From Fibrobacteria bacterium (GTDB lineage Bacteria > Fibrobacterota > Fibrobacteria > UBA11236): a stretch of DNA of 64,000 bases. Both the position numbers and the translations under genes were made by a program. The notes beneath the pieces are model-generated. The model searched no databases and had not been told where the DNA came from. It worked only from the letters and a program-made list of their open reading frames with translations. The stretch is from the NCBI GenBank assembly GCA_043732185.1, contig JAYTHY010000052.1, positions 30,828-94,827 on the forward strand, written 5' to 3'. Shown here piece by piece: positions 19,804 to 29,555 of the stretch (positions are counted from its first letter, which is position 1; each line of letters starts with the position of its first letter).

Positions 19804-20420
19804 TCGATTTTTATAAAGTTTCTCATCAATGTCATCCCAGCTTCCTGGCTTTTTTCCGGGTGAAACTGCACTCCAAAAATATTGTCCTTAGCAATGATAC
19901 ACGGGAAATCTTCACCGTAATTACTTGTGGCAATTATATAGTCGGAAGGAATTTCTTTGAAGGCAAAACTGTGCAAAAAGTAAAAGTCAGGGCTTTCTGG
20001 CAAATCCTTTAATAGGGAACAAGTGCATTTTGGTAAAATATCGTTCCAACCCATATGAGGCAGAGGTAAAGTTCCAGTTACAAGTCGTTCGACTTTTCCT
20101 GGAATCCATCCAAGACCAGGGTGCTCGCCGAATTCAAACCCCAACTGGGCCATAACCTGCATGCCGACGCAAATTCCAAGGAACGGAATCCCATTTTTAA
20201 AAATTCTTTCAACAAGAACTTCCATTGGGATGTACTCATGAATTTTTTCCATCGCCGAGCCAAAGGCTCCAACGCCAGGCAGAATGATATGAGACGCAGC
20301 TTCCAAAACTTTTGTATCGTTTGAGATCTGAACGTTTTTACTAATCGATGACAGCATGTTGTAAACGGATTTTACATTTCCGGAACCATAGTCCAAAATG
20401 CATATGGAAGAAGCTGCCAT
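19800..20420 (-). CDS. HisH-like glutamine amidotransferase subunit (WbuY/AglY-like)
   Basis: DYGSGN, LPGVGAF, GICVGMQ (catalytic Cys), PHMGWN, QFHPEKS. Confidence 0.92.
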   Translation of the reverse strand: MAASSICILDYGSGNVKSVYNMLSSISKNVQISNDTKVLEAASHIILPGVGAFGSAMEKIHEYIPMEVLVERIFKNGIPFLGICVGMQVMAQLGFEFGEHPGLGWIPGKVERLVTGTLPLPHMGWNDILPKCTCSLLKDLPESPDFYFLHSFAFKEIPSDYIIATSNYGEDFPCIIAKDNIFGVQFHPEKSQEAGMTLMRNFIKIE

Positions 20421-20512
20421 TTGTTTTTATCATACCTTAACGAAGGCATTCGATTCAACACCCCCGTCTATTTCACCCGGGATTCCTTCGACGAAAAACA
20501 AAGGTCAAAAAT

Positions 20513-21418
20513 TCAGATCACGAATATACGTCTGAGGTGGAATAGGTCATCCGAAACGTCATTATCTCCCGGCATAGCGGTTGGGCAGCAACGTATTCCT
20601 TTGGCCTTAAGACTCGCAATAACTCTATTATCGAAGCAATGAGCCAGCCCTTCTGGATAGGAATAATGGCTAGAAATGATGCCCGCTTTTTCCCTAAGAA
20701 ATTGCAAACTGGTAGAAATTTCATCTTCCAAGGCGCTATCTTTTAAGAATGCCAGAACGGCATGGACGTGTGAATGCCCACCCACGATAAAATCTGGATC
20801 TGCGTGCAAAGCCCGGACTTGGTTCCAATTCAATTTCAGATCCAAATCCGAAGTTCCCGCATAAATGGGATCCATTGCACACTGTCTAAAAAATTCCTCC
20901 ACTAAGCCATCGGTATCCAGGGTTCGATCATTTTTAACGTATGCACGCAGCGCGGTTAAGATTTCAATTTTTTCCTGGCTAGTTCCAAAGGACCTCGCTG
21001 AGGGTTCCCAAGGGAAATGTAATTTCCCGGAAGATGTACCTTCCAGACAAAGCTCCAGTTTATCAGTCCAAGACATTCCATTTGCATCAACCAAGCCTGT
21101 GGAAATATAAAAAGCAGCGGGGATTTTGAGATCTTTTAATATAGGTGCCGCCACAGAATAATTGTTCTCGAATCCATCATCAAAAGTTACCGCAAAGGAA
21201 CGCGGCGGGTACGGTTCAGAATTGGAATGATGATACATAACTTCATCCATTGAAAGGGCATGTCCGCTTGCCGCCAGTTCTTTCATAATTTCAATAAAAT
21301 AATCCTTCTCCAAATGCTTTCGGGTGTAATTGCGAACAGAGTGCACGGAGCGATTTACAACTCCATGAAGAAGAAAAATGACCAATCGGTCCTGGGTTAA
21401 ATAGCTACTGAAATTCAA
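20513..21418 (-). CDS. Polysaccharide deacetylase (CE4/NodB) family protein
   Basis: VTFDDG, GGHSHVH, YSYPEG. Confidence 0.88.
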   Translation of the reverse strand: MNFSSYLTQDRLVIFLLHGVVNRSVHSVRNYTRKHLEKDYFIEIMKELAASGHALSMDEVMYHHSNSEPYPPRSFAVTFDDGFENNYSVAAPILKDLKIPAAFYISTGLVDANGMSWTDKLELCLEGTSSGKLHFPWEPSARSFGTSQEKIEILTALRAYVKNDRTLDTDGLVEEFFRQCAMDPIYAGTSDLDLKLNWNQVRALHADPDFIVGGHSHVHAVLAFLKDSALEDEISTSLQFLREKAGIISSHYSYPEGLAHCFDNRVIASLKAKGIRCCPTAMPGDNDVSDDLFHLRRIFVI

Positions 21419-22122
21419 AGCAAAGTATCCGTATATTTTCGGAATCTAACTTGGCAAACTTCTTTCAATGAAGACGGCATTGAAGAATAATAGCGCCCCC
21501 TGGATCGTTGTGGACTGGACAAAAAAGTTCCGTAACGTCTCCACATTTCAATAGCCGCAACCACCAATTCCACACAAACCTCCGTATTAAACCTGCGCAA
21601 TTGGTACAGTTCCATTCCCTTGACCATGGGCACACTGCTTTTAAGTATTATATCCCCTTCATCCAATTTCTCATTAAGATGATGCAATGTCGTCACCACC
21701 GATGCAAAATCACGATGATATATGGCCCAGAAATGCGAATCCAATCCTCGATAGAGTTCGGAATCGCCGCCGTGTAAATTCAAAATTCTACGTGGAAACA
21801 GCCGAATCAATTCCGTTCCAATTTTCCCAGTTCCAAAATCAAATACCAAATCGGGTTGTAATACTTCCAGCTTAGTCAAAGCGGATTTGTCGTTTAGGTT
21901 GGAATAAACAAGTTCAGGAATGGCCCACTTCCAGGCTTCATCCCCGAAAAATACTTTCTCTTCATAGCGATCGCGCAGTGTTTCCAATGGATGCGAACAG
22001 GCATAACTGGGATGGAATACTTTGGTTTCGACCATGATGGCCTGGAGGGGATGGACTTTGTGCAATTCTCGAGTAAAATATGCATGGTGCGCTGTCGGTG
22101 TGGTAAGCACAACAATATTCAT
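21415..22122 (-). CDS. Formyltransferase family protein
   Basis: ILNLHGG..YRG, TTLHHLNEKLDEGDI (N10-formyl-THF formyltransferase motifs). Confidence 0.85.
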   Translation of the reverse strand: MNIVVLTTPTAHHAYFTRELHKVHPLQAIMVETKVFHPSYACSHPLETLRDRYEEKVFFGDEAWKWAIPELVYSNLNDKSALTKLEVLQPDLVFDFGTGKIGTELIRLFPRRILNLHGGDSELYRGLDSHFWAIYHRDFASVVTTLHHLNEKLDEGDIILKSSVPMVKGMELYQLRRFNTEVCVELVVAAIEMWRRYGTFLSSPQRSRGRYYSSMPSSLKEVCQVRFRKYTDTLL

Positions 22123-22135
22123 ACTGCCTTTCTAC

Positions 22136-23137
22136 CTAGTCCAAAAAGCATTCGGGCGTGAATTTTTCACCAGCCCGCATGGACTGCGAGAGTACACGAC
22201 CCAATACCACGGTTTCCTTTCCAGGAGGATAGCCACCTGCGGGCCTGGTCCAGGACAAATCCTTCCAGCTAATTGTATGCCCCAGTGGCAAATCGGTCTT
22301 AACGGTCAGTGACCGACGTACCGCAGCTTCATTGTCTATCTCGCTATTCTGTGGAGTCTTCGTTCCGGTACCGAGCAGGACTTCCGCGTGTTTTATTTTT
22401 TGAACCAAGATCTTCATTTCTTCGGGATCCGCTGAAATCTGGTGATCCCGAAATGCGGAATGATTTTTATTTAGAGTGAAATGCTTTTCAATTATTCTTG
22501 ATCCAAGTGCCACTGCTAAAACCGCAGCGTCCACTCCCAGAGTATGGTCCGAATAACCAACCGTGCATCGGCATCGGCTTCGGATCGCGTTTATGGCAGC
22601 CAAATTGGCATCCTCTACGGGTACTGGGTAACTGGTGACACAATGCAATACGGCCAAATCCTTAACCGAACATCTGCTTTTCAAAAAGGAGACAGAAAAC
22701 TCCAATTGCTGAATATCCACGAGACCGCTTGATAGAATAACCGGTTTGTCAGCTTTAGCGACTTCCTCTAGAAGTGGATAAAAGGTGTTGTCGGAGGACG
22801 AAATTTTGAACGCAGAAACCAAAGGTGCCAAGAATCGCGCGCTATCCAAATCGAAAGGAGTTGAAATAAATAAAAGTCCGGCCTCCCGACTATAGCGATT
22901 CAATTTTTCAAATTGAGCATGGGAGAGTTCGAAGCTTTTAAGTCTTTGAAATCTAGCTTTGTCCACTCTTGAAACATACTCTTCGGTTTTGAAAGTCTGG
23001 AATTTCACCGCACCCACGCCAGCAGCTTTGGCCAAGCCTACCATTTCCTCGGCCAGCGTGTAACTGCCTTCGTGATTGTTTCCGATTTCGGCTATCACAA
23101 GTACTATTTTTTCAAGATCGAAATTCTCTATTCGCAT
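22136..23137 (-). CDS. NeuB-family nonulosonic acid synthase with C-terminal SAF/AFP-like domain
   Basis: IAEIGNNHEG, AVKFQTF, FISTPFD, LHCVTSYP, GYSDHTLG, IIEKHFTL, RRSL; sub-type (NeuB/PseI/LegI) undetermined. Confidence 0.95.
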   Translation of the reverse strand: MRIENFDLEKIVLVIAEIGNNHEGSYTLAEEMVGLAKAAGVGAVKFQTFKTEEYVSRVDKARFQRLKSFELSHAQFEKLNRYSREAGLLFISTPFDLDSARFLAPLVSAFKISSSDNTFYPLLEEVAKADKPVILSSGLVDIQQLEFSVSFLKSRCSVKDLAVLHCVTSYPVPVEDANLAAINAIRSRCRCTVGYSDHTLGVDAAVLAVALGSRIIEKHFTLNKNHSAFRDHQISADPEEMKILVQKIKHAEVLLGTGTKTPQNSEIDNEAAVRRSLTVKTDLPLGHTISWKDLSWTRPAGGYPPGKETVVLGRVLSQSMRAGEKFTPECFLD

Positions 23138-23141
23138 GCAG

Positions 23142-23939
23142 CTAAGCCTCACCCGTCAAAAAATTAGGCATGGGTCCATGGTAATGGAATACATATTGGG
23201 AATCTGCCAAGGAGAAGCCAAGTTTTTGGTAACATCGGATCGATGCTACATTCGCTATTTGCGTGCCCACCTGGAAGTGGTGAAACGAATTTCGTTGACT
23301 TTGAACCCAGGAAATTAATTTGGAGGCTACACCTATTTTCCGGAAAGATTCTCCAACGGCAATTAAATCAATAGTTATGGTATTCTGGGTTTCTAGCAAC
23401 AATAGATATCCTGCCGCTTTCCCGGAAACTTCGGCAACCGCCATTGAATTACCACGCTTTCCCGAAAAAAAGTTGCTGGTCCATTCTCCTTTAATTCTGT
23501 TTGCGGTTTCCAGGGGGATATTGGGATCCATATGAAATCGGGAAAACCGGAAAGAGTGTTGGGCTATTTCCACAATTGCCGGCTGATCCTGGGTTAGCGC
23601 CCAACGAATCTGGACATTCTTAAAATTGACAGTAGGTAGTGACTCATTTTTTTTCTCAAAAGTGACATTTGTATCCACCAACCGGAAGCCGTGGTCTTGC
23701 AAAAACAAACTGGATTCCACTGAATTGGAGGCAACTTTGCAATAGAGAAAAACAGGGTTTTCCAATTGATTGGCCGCAAGTGAAGGTAATCGAGGTTGGG
23801 AAAAGGAACCGGCTGCCGCTATCGAAACCAGGGACAGCCGATATGCCGGTTTTCCCAGCATCTGGCTCAACCAAGGGTCCGATTCAAGTACCGGTAAATA
23901 CACGTTCTGGAATTTTCCCACCAATGGACCAATCTGCAT
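23142..23939 (-). CDS. GNAT acetyltransferase (WecD-like sugar N-acetyltransferase)
   Basis: SRFHMDP, IDLIAV...FRKIGVA, VGTQIANVASIRCYQKLGF. Confidence 0.85.
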   Translation of the reverse strand: MQIGPLVGKFQNVYLPVLESDPWLSQMLGKPAYRLSLVSIAAAGSFSQPRLPSLAANQLENPVFLYCKVASNSVESSLFLQDHGFRLVDTNVTFEKKNESLPTVNFKNVQIRWALTQDQPAIVEIAQHSFRFSRFHMDPNIPLETANRIKGEWTSNFFSGKRGNSMAVAEVSGKAAGYLLLLETQNTITIDLIAVGESFRKIGVASKLISWVQSQRNSFHHFQVGTQIANVASIRCYQKLGFSLADSQYVFHYHGPMPNFLTGEA

Positions 23940-24945
23940 TGAAAGACGACTTTTTATACCACTCGATATACTTTACATAGCCTTTTTCCAGAGGGTTTTT
24001 CGGATTGTAATTGATGAGACTGCGCGCCTTGTCAATACAAAGCGTACCGCGATCCGGCATAAGACTATCCTTAGGCTGATAATTTATTTTTATTCCCGGA
24101 AAATGCGCACCAAGAATTTCGATCATTTCATTTAGGGAACGCGACTTTCCGTAGGTTAAATTGAGGATTTGTCCGCGAGAATTTTCATTTTCCAAAACAT
24201 TGATGACACCCCCGACAAGGTCTTCGACGTATGTAAAATCCAGTGCATCAGTCCCTTTTCCGCCCACGGTTATTTCCTGCCCATCCAATGCATTCTCAAT
24301 AAAAATTTGGCCAACCCTACGGCTTACACACCGTTCTCCATAGAGAGCAGATGGGCGGATAATGGTATACGGCAGATCAAAAACTTGATTGTATGCAATG
24401 ACCATCTTCTCGCCCGCCAATTTAAGCGCCCCATATATACCAATGGGATTGCAGGGAGTTTCTTCTGAAGCCAAACCATCCGGGAAGTTTCCATAAACCA
24501 TGCTGGAGGAGAAAAACACGAAATGCTCAACTTTGTTCTTGGCTACATCTAAAGTATTTTCCAGTGTACGTAAGTTATGGTCAAATGTGCTGAATGGATC
24601 CTTGTTCGATTTTCCAGCATGAGAAATCGCAGCCAGATGCACAATGATCTGTGGTTTAATCTTGTCTATCAGAATTGTCATCTTGTGGTAGTCACGGGCA
24701 TCCTGCACATGGACCGGTATGCCTGCCCGCATAAGCAAGTCTAACCGTTCATTTAATATGCGGACATATTTTTCTCGGTTTGGGATTTCAATTGAGCTGT
24801 TGAGAAACGCACAAAGATTGTTGACTTGAAGCCCATCGATGATTTCAACCCAGGCTCCCTGCTTTTTTAGGGAAAGGGCCAGATGATGGCCAATGAAACC
24901 AGCACCCCCGACCAAAACGACACTTTTACCTTTTAGATCGATCAA
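23884..24945 (-). CDS. NAD-dependent nucleotide-sugar epimerase/dehydratase
   Basis: GGAGFIG, SSSMVYG, YGALK. Start moved to TTG 24945 after GGGAGG, next to the upstream stop. Confidence 0.92.
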   Translation of the reverse strand: MIDLKGKSVVLVGGAGFIGHHLALSLKKQGAWVEIIDGLQVNNLCAFLNSSIEIPNREKYVRILNERLDLLMRAGIPVHVQDARDYHKMTILIDKIKPQIIVHLAAISHAGKSNKDPFSTFDHNLRTLENTLDVAKNKVEHFVFFSSSMVYGNFPDGLASEETPCNPIGIYGALKLAGEKMVIAYNQVFDLPYTIIRPSALYGERCVSRRVGQIFIENALDGQEITVGGKGTDALDFTYVEDLVGGVINVLENENSRGQILNLTYGKSRSLNEMIEILGAHFPGIKINYQPKDSLMPDRGTLCIDKARSLINYNPKNPLEKGYVKYIEWYKKSSFNADWSIGGKIPERVFTGT

Positions 24946-24946
24946 A

Positions 24947-26095
24947 TTACCCTCCCAGGTCACGTAATGCCTTTCTGAGGGTATCGGCAATTTTTTCCAT
25001 ATCCTTAAGGTCCAAATGCGGGCCGACCGGTAAAGCAATGGACCCATGGCTAATACGAGCGGCAACCGGGTACGATTCGGCCCCATATCCATATTTCTGG
25101 CGATAATAGGTCATATGGGGCACGGGACTCGGATAATAGATGCTAAAACCCACTCCATGGGCTTTTAAATACTCAAGTATTTTAGGCCGGAAGGGAACGA
25201 GGGCTTGATCCAAGAGAACGGTATGACAATAATAGCTGCTTTGAAAATCGCCTTGGGTAGACTGAAGCAAAGAAATTCCTGGAACCCCTTCCAAAAGTCG
25301 GGTCAGTTCCATATAATTTTTCAATCGTTTTTCCCCGAAACCAGAGAGTCGTTTTATCTGTTCCACACCTATGGCGGCATGAATTTCACTCATGCGGTAG
25401 TTAAATCCTAAGCCCTGTACATCGTAAATGCCAGCTACCGTACGTTCGCCAACATGTTTATCCATGCCAAAGGCTCGAGATCGAATGATGCTTTTTGCAA
25501 CATTTTCATGACGAGTGATTAAAGTGCCACCTTCCGCCGTTGTCATATGCTTGGCGGGATAAAAAGAAAAAGCACCTGCATCGCCCAAAAGTCCAGCATG
25601 GATTCCTTTATAATAGGTACCTGTGGCTAAGGCGCAATCTTCTACAACAAATAGAGAATGCTTTCGAGCAATAGCCATGACAGCATCCATATCCACAGGC
25701 ATGCCGAGAAAATGTACCACCGAAAGCGCTTTGGTCTGGGATGTAATAGCGGCTTCAATCTGAACAATATCAATATTTCCGGTATAGGCTTCGGCATCCA
25801 CAAAAACCGGTTTCGCGCCCGTTAATTCCACCGCATGAGCTGTGGCGGTATGCGTTTGTGCGGGTACGATGACCTCATCACCTGGTCCAATTCCCAAATG
25901 AAAATAAGCTAAATGCAATGCTGCAGTACACGAAGAAACCGCAACGCAATACGGCGCACCTGTAAAGGCGGCAAAGGCTTTTTCAAATTCTACCAACTTG
26001 GGTCCGTGAACCAGTATGCCTGATTCCAATACATTAAGCATGGCCTGTTGTTCTTCGACACCAGTAATTGGCTTTGCAAAGGCAATTGTGCTCAT
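24947..26095 (-). CDS. DegT/DnrJ/EryC1/StrS sugar aminotransferase
   Basis: SSCTAALHL, VVEDCA, FSFYPAKHMTTAEGG, GFNYRMSE. Confidence 0.95.
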   Translation of the reverse strand: MSTIAFAKPITGVEEQQAMLNVLESGILVHGPKLVEFEKAFAAFTGAPYCVAVSSCTAALHLAYFHLGIGPGDEVIVPAQTHTATAHAVELTGAKPVFVDAEAYTGNIDIVQIEAAITSQTKALSVVHFLGMPVDMDAVMAIARKHSLFVVEDCALATGTYYKGIHAGLLGDAGAFSFYPAKHMTTAEGGTLITRHENVAKSIIRSRAFGMDKHVGERTVAGIYDVQGLGFNYRMSEIHAAIGVEQIKRLSGFGEKRLKNYMELTRLLEGVPGISLLQSTQGDFQSSYYCHTVLLDQALVPFRPKILEYLKAHGVGFSIYYPSPVPHMTYYRQKYGYGAESYPVAARISHGSIALPVGPHLDLKDMEKIADTLRKALRDLGG

Positions 26096-26177
26096 AGTTA
26101 TTTGTCCTTCTCAGCCATTATTATCCGATAGTTAGCACAAACTATTCAACCCTAGGGAAAGGAGGAATTAAATGGGT

Positions 26178-27182
26178 TTAGAGATAGCGAACGGATACAG
26201 TTGCGCCAGAACGGGCTGCTTCTTCAATGGCAAAACAGACAGACATGGTATTGAATACCTCAGTTGCAGAAACAGTCGGTTCCTTGCTGTTTTGAAGTGC
26301 GTGGAGAAAATCAGCCAGTAATTCACCCTTCCGGCAACCAGGATAGGGCGCATCCAAGCTTCGAACTGCGGCATTTGCGTCCCTATCAACGATTAATTTG
26401 CCTCCACCGATGTCATTCAGGAAAGTAGCCTCGGTTCCATAGACTGCCACTCTATGGAAATGGGGGAAGACACAACCGAAATTTGCACTCACCTTTCCAA
26501 TTGCCCCATTCTTAAAACGCAAAATTGCAACTACGCAATCATTGAAACGGAAACCGGTACCTTTGGTGACAATTTGATTACCAACTGCCGAGACCTCCGT
26601 CACTTCACTTTGAGCGAACCACCTAAGTAGGTCAACCATGTGGATTCCCCCGCCGTACATGACAGAATAGAAATCGATTGTCCCACGCCATCCCTGGGTA
26701 ATCTTTTCCATTCTCCCATAATTGTAGTCCCCTTCAAGATGGTAAACGGTACCCAGTTCCCCACTTTCGATCATGTGCTTTACTTGAAGGAATAGTTGTG
26801 ACTTTCTCAGGATGTGATTGGATGACAGGTAAACTTGGGGTTGTTTCGCTAGCGCGAGGCGGATTTGCTGAGCTTCCTCACGGGACAAACACATGGGTTT
26901 TTCCACGAAAACGTGTTTGCCCTGGGCAATAGCCCTAAGGATTTGTTCGCAGTGGAAGTTGTCGTAAGACGCAATGCATACAAGATCAATGCCGGGATCA
27001 TCGATAACTTTATTGGCATCAACAGTTAGCATTGAGCCTGGGTATCGCGCGGAAACTTCATGCAGTTTTTGTTCTGAGAAATCACAGAGTGCCGCGATTT
27101 CGCAGTCTGGCGTGGATAGGCATCCTTCAATATGCTTTTCCCCGACCCCCAGCCCTATGATTCCAACCCGTATGGCCTTCAT
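26178..27182 (-). CDS. Gfo/Idh/MocA family oxidoreductase
   Basis: VGIIGLG, GKHVFVEKP, GGGIHMVD. Confidence 0.92.
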   Translation of the reverse strand: MKAIRVGIIGLGVGEKHIEGCLSTPDCEIAALCDFSEQKLHEVSARYPGSMLTVDANKVIDDPGIDLVCIASYDNFHCEQILRAIAQGKHVFVEKPMCLSREEAQQIRLALAKQPQVYLSSNHILRKSQLFLQVKHMIESGELGTVYHLEGDYNYGRMEKITQGWRGTIDFYSVMYGGGIHMVDLLRWFAQSEVTEVSAVGNQIVTKGTGFRFNDCVVAILRFKNGAIGKVSANFGCVFPHFHRVAVYGTEATFLNDIGGGKLIVDRDANAAVRSLDAPYPGCRKGELLADFLHALQNSKEPTVSATEVFNTMSVCFAIEEAARSGATVSVRYL

Positions 27183-27922
27183 ACTGAATTCTGATTTTGT
27201 TTACTGGCTTTAATTCGCATACCGACCAATTCCTGATAGCTATATTGCCACTGAGGCCGCTCCATTTGATGAATGGTTTTTTCAAAATCGATTAAGTCCT
27301 GCGGTGTATCGATGGAAAGTTGCATATCCTTGTAATCGGAACTGCAGGAAAAATTATCTATGGAAAATTCTGAATCGGTACGGTAAAAGAAATGCGTCAC
27401 ATGTTCAAAGTCTTCGACATCAGTAAATTTTGAATATGCCCTTAAAAAAACATCCCTTCCCACAACTTCTACGGACTGGCCCTTCGGGAATGAACGGGGA
27501 TGGGTATTTGTTACCAAATCAAATTTTCCTTTTTTAAATCTCTCGACGGCTTGATTGACGAGAGAAAAATCGAGCAAGGGACTGTCACCGCATATCCGAA
27601 CAAAAAAATCAAACGGGTCTGTAGCTAAAACCATTTTATATCGGGATGCCACATTCAAAGGATCACCACGCAGACACGTTATTCCCATTTTGTTACATAG
27701 AGATTCAATGGCATCATCCATTGCCAGAGTGGAAGTCACCAAAACCACTTTCCCCATGTTTGCTTGGATAGATCGTTCCAGCAGATATTCTAAAACTGGT
27801 TTGTCCTGGACTATCCGCAATACCTTACCAGGTAGCCTGGTGGAGCCCATCCGTGCTTGTATGATTATACCGAATTGATCCCGGGAACGACTATCGCTAG
27901 GTGGCACATTGGCATTATCCAA
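27179..27922 (-). CDS. Acylneuraminate cytidylyltransferase-like protein (SpsF/PseF-like)
   Basis: IIIQARMGSTRLPGKVL, VRICGDSP, EHVT, SIDTPQD. Confidence 0.9.
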   Translation of the reverse strand: MDNANVPPSDSRSRDQFGIIIQARMGSTRLPGKVLRIVQDKPVLEYLLERSIQANMGKVVLVTSTLAMDDAIESLCNKMGITCLRGDPLNVASRYKMVLATDPFDFFVRICGDSPLLDFSLVNQAVERFKKGKFDLVTNTHPRSFPKGQSVEVVGRDVFLRAYSKFTDVEDFEHVTHFFYRTDSEFSIDNFSCSSDYKDMQLSIDTPQDLIDFEKTIHQMERPQWQYSYQELVGMRIKASKQNQNSV

Positions 27923-27959
27923 TATCCGAATACGGAATGCAATCTCACTCGCCGGTAGG

Positions 27960-29537
27960 CTATTTTAGAGTTTTCGAAGTCAGAAATCTTCGTCCACAAG
28001 CATAAAACTGGGGATCCAAAGCCTTTTCCTGGTGGATAAATTCTTGCCACTTTTCAAAAAAAACCGTTCTCTGGATGGAATCTTGAGATTCTGCTAATCG
28101 CGAAAAAGAACCGTTACCAGTTTCTGGATGGACAACCTTACTATTCGGTTGATAGACCACACTGAGGCCCATTCTGCGAACCTTAAAACACAAATCCAAA
28201 TCGGAATAAAAAACAGGAAGGGCCGTTGAGAATCCTTGTACTTCAAGAAATACATTCCGTTTAATAAGGAGACAGGACCCAGATACAGCCGGTACTTCTA
28301 GAGTTAGATTTACATTTGGTTTATCTGGACTCGACCCTCGGAATAAGTATTCAGGAAGGTCGTTTTCCATAAAAACAATTCCAGCTTGCGACACTAAACC
28401 ATCGGGAAAGCGAAGTTGCGAACCAACCATGCCTACCCTTGTGTCCTGCATAGTGGCTAACATCTGAACAAGCCAATCAGGATCTAAAGTGCAATTCCCA
28501 TCTAAAAATATCAGAACATCGGTATCAGTATTTCCGGCTGTCCAATTCCGGGAACGTAAAACTCCAACCGGACTTTCGAATCGGACAATATGTAGCCAGT
28601 CATATTTTTGCGATTTCAAAAATAAATCAGCCGAGATGTTTTCATTACTTGCGTCATCTGCCACCAAGAGCTTTGAGAAAAAAAGCAACGGACGAGCCTT
28701 GGCGAGGGAATCCAAAAATTCGTCAGTGAGTGGCCGTTCATCGTTTACGCAAACCACAATCGTCGTGGTAAGATCTGGTGCAGCAAGTACCTGCTTTTGG
28801 GGTCGAATGGATGGATCTACCTGCTTATAATCAACTAAGACTTTTTCCGCCTTTACCAAAAATTGTATAGTGTTTGCTCTTTCCATAAAGGCATCTGTAT
28901 CGATCTGAAGCGCATTCAGTAAGGGAATTATGGACTCATCCACAACGAGATTGGTAAAATATTTCGCGTATTTTACCACATGAAATCCGCATTCTTGAAG
29001 TAAGGTTTGGAAGGTTTGTAGAGTGTAAAATCGCAAATGGGTTCTATCCAGTACGCCAGAATCCGAGTACTCCCATTCGCCTTTGAGCAGGCCATTGATA
29101 ACCGACCAATGGGAAACATTGGGAAGACAGCAAAGCAAACAACCATTTGGAGAAAGAAGAGTTGTAACCGATCGTATTGTCTCTTCTGGGTTCTTCAAAT
29201 GTTCCAGAACATCAGCAAAAATAATGCAATCAAACTTTTCACCTGATAGATTGGCCCATTCAAACTTCTCCACATCTGCTATAAAGACCTTATCCAAAAC
29301 CATTCTGGCCTGGGTACCCGCGTTTTCAAAAAGTTCTATCCCAATATAGTGGCACCGCGAATTTCGATTTTTTATCGCTTGACCCAATCGCCCATTGGCG
29401 CATCCGATTTCCAGAATTCGGCTCGCTTCCAGTGGGACCATATTGAATAATAAAAGGTTTACGCCTTCGTAATAATCCGCAGGTTTATTCCCGGTCGGTG
29501 TTTGAACAGCGATTCTATCGGACATTATTTTTCCCAT
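27960..29537 (-). CDS. SAM methyltransferase + GT2 glycosyltransferase fusion
   Basis: ILEIGCANG, FADVLEHL, GVLDRTHLRFYT; ADDAS, AVSGSCLLI, SDLDLCF. Confidence 0.87.
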   Translation of the reverse strand: MGKIMSDRIAVQTPTGNKPADYYEGVNLLLFNMVPLEASRILEIGCANGRLGQAIKNRNSRCHYIGIELFENAGTQARMVLDKVFIADVEKFEWANLSGEKFDCIIFADVLEHLKNPEETIRSVTTLLSPNGCLLCCLPNVSHWSVINGLLKGEWEYSDSGVLDRTHLRFYTLQTFQTLLQECGFHVVKYAKYFTNLVVDESIIPLLNALQIDTDAFMERANTIQFLVKAEKVLVDYKQVDPSIRPQKQVLAAPDLTTTIVVCVNDERPLTDEFLDSLAKARPLLFFSKLLVADDASNENISADLFLKSQKYDWLHIVRFESPVGVLRSRNWTAGNTDTDVLIFLDGNCTLDPDWLVQMLATMQDTRVGMVGSQLRFPDGLVSQAGIVFMENDLPEYLFRGSSPDKPNVNLTLEVPAVSGSCLLIKRNVFLEVQGFSTALPVFYSDLDLCFKVRRMGLSVVYQPNSKVVHPETGNGSFSRLAESQDSIQRTVFFEKWQEFIHQEKALDPQFYACGRRFLTSKTLK

Positions 29538-29555
29538 GGTGTTGAATTGGGAGTA

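Noticed and set aside
18997..20420. hisF/hisH as histidine biosynthesis genes
   Set aside because: They are adjacent to an N-acetyl sugar amidotransferase inside a glycan cluster with no other his genes, which fits the WbuYZ-type paralogues
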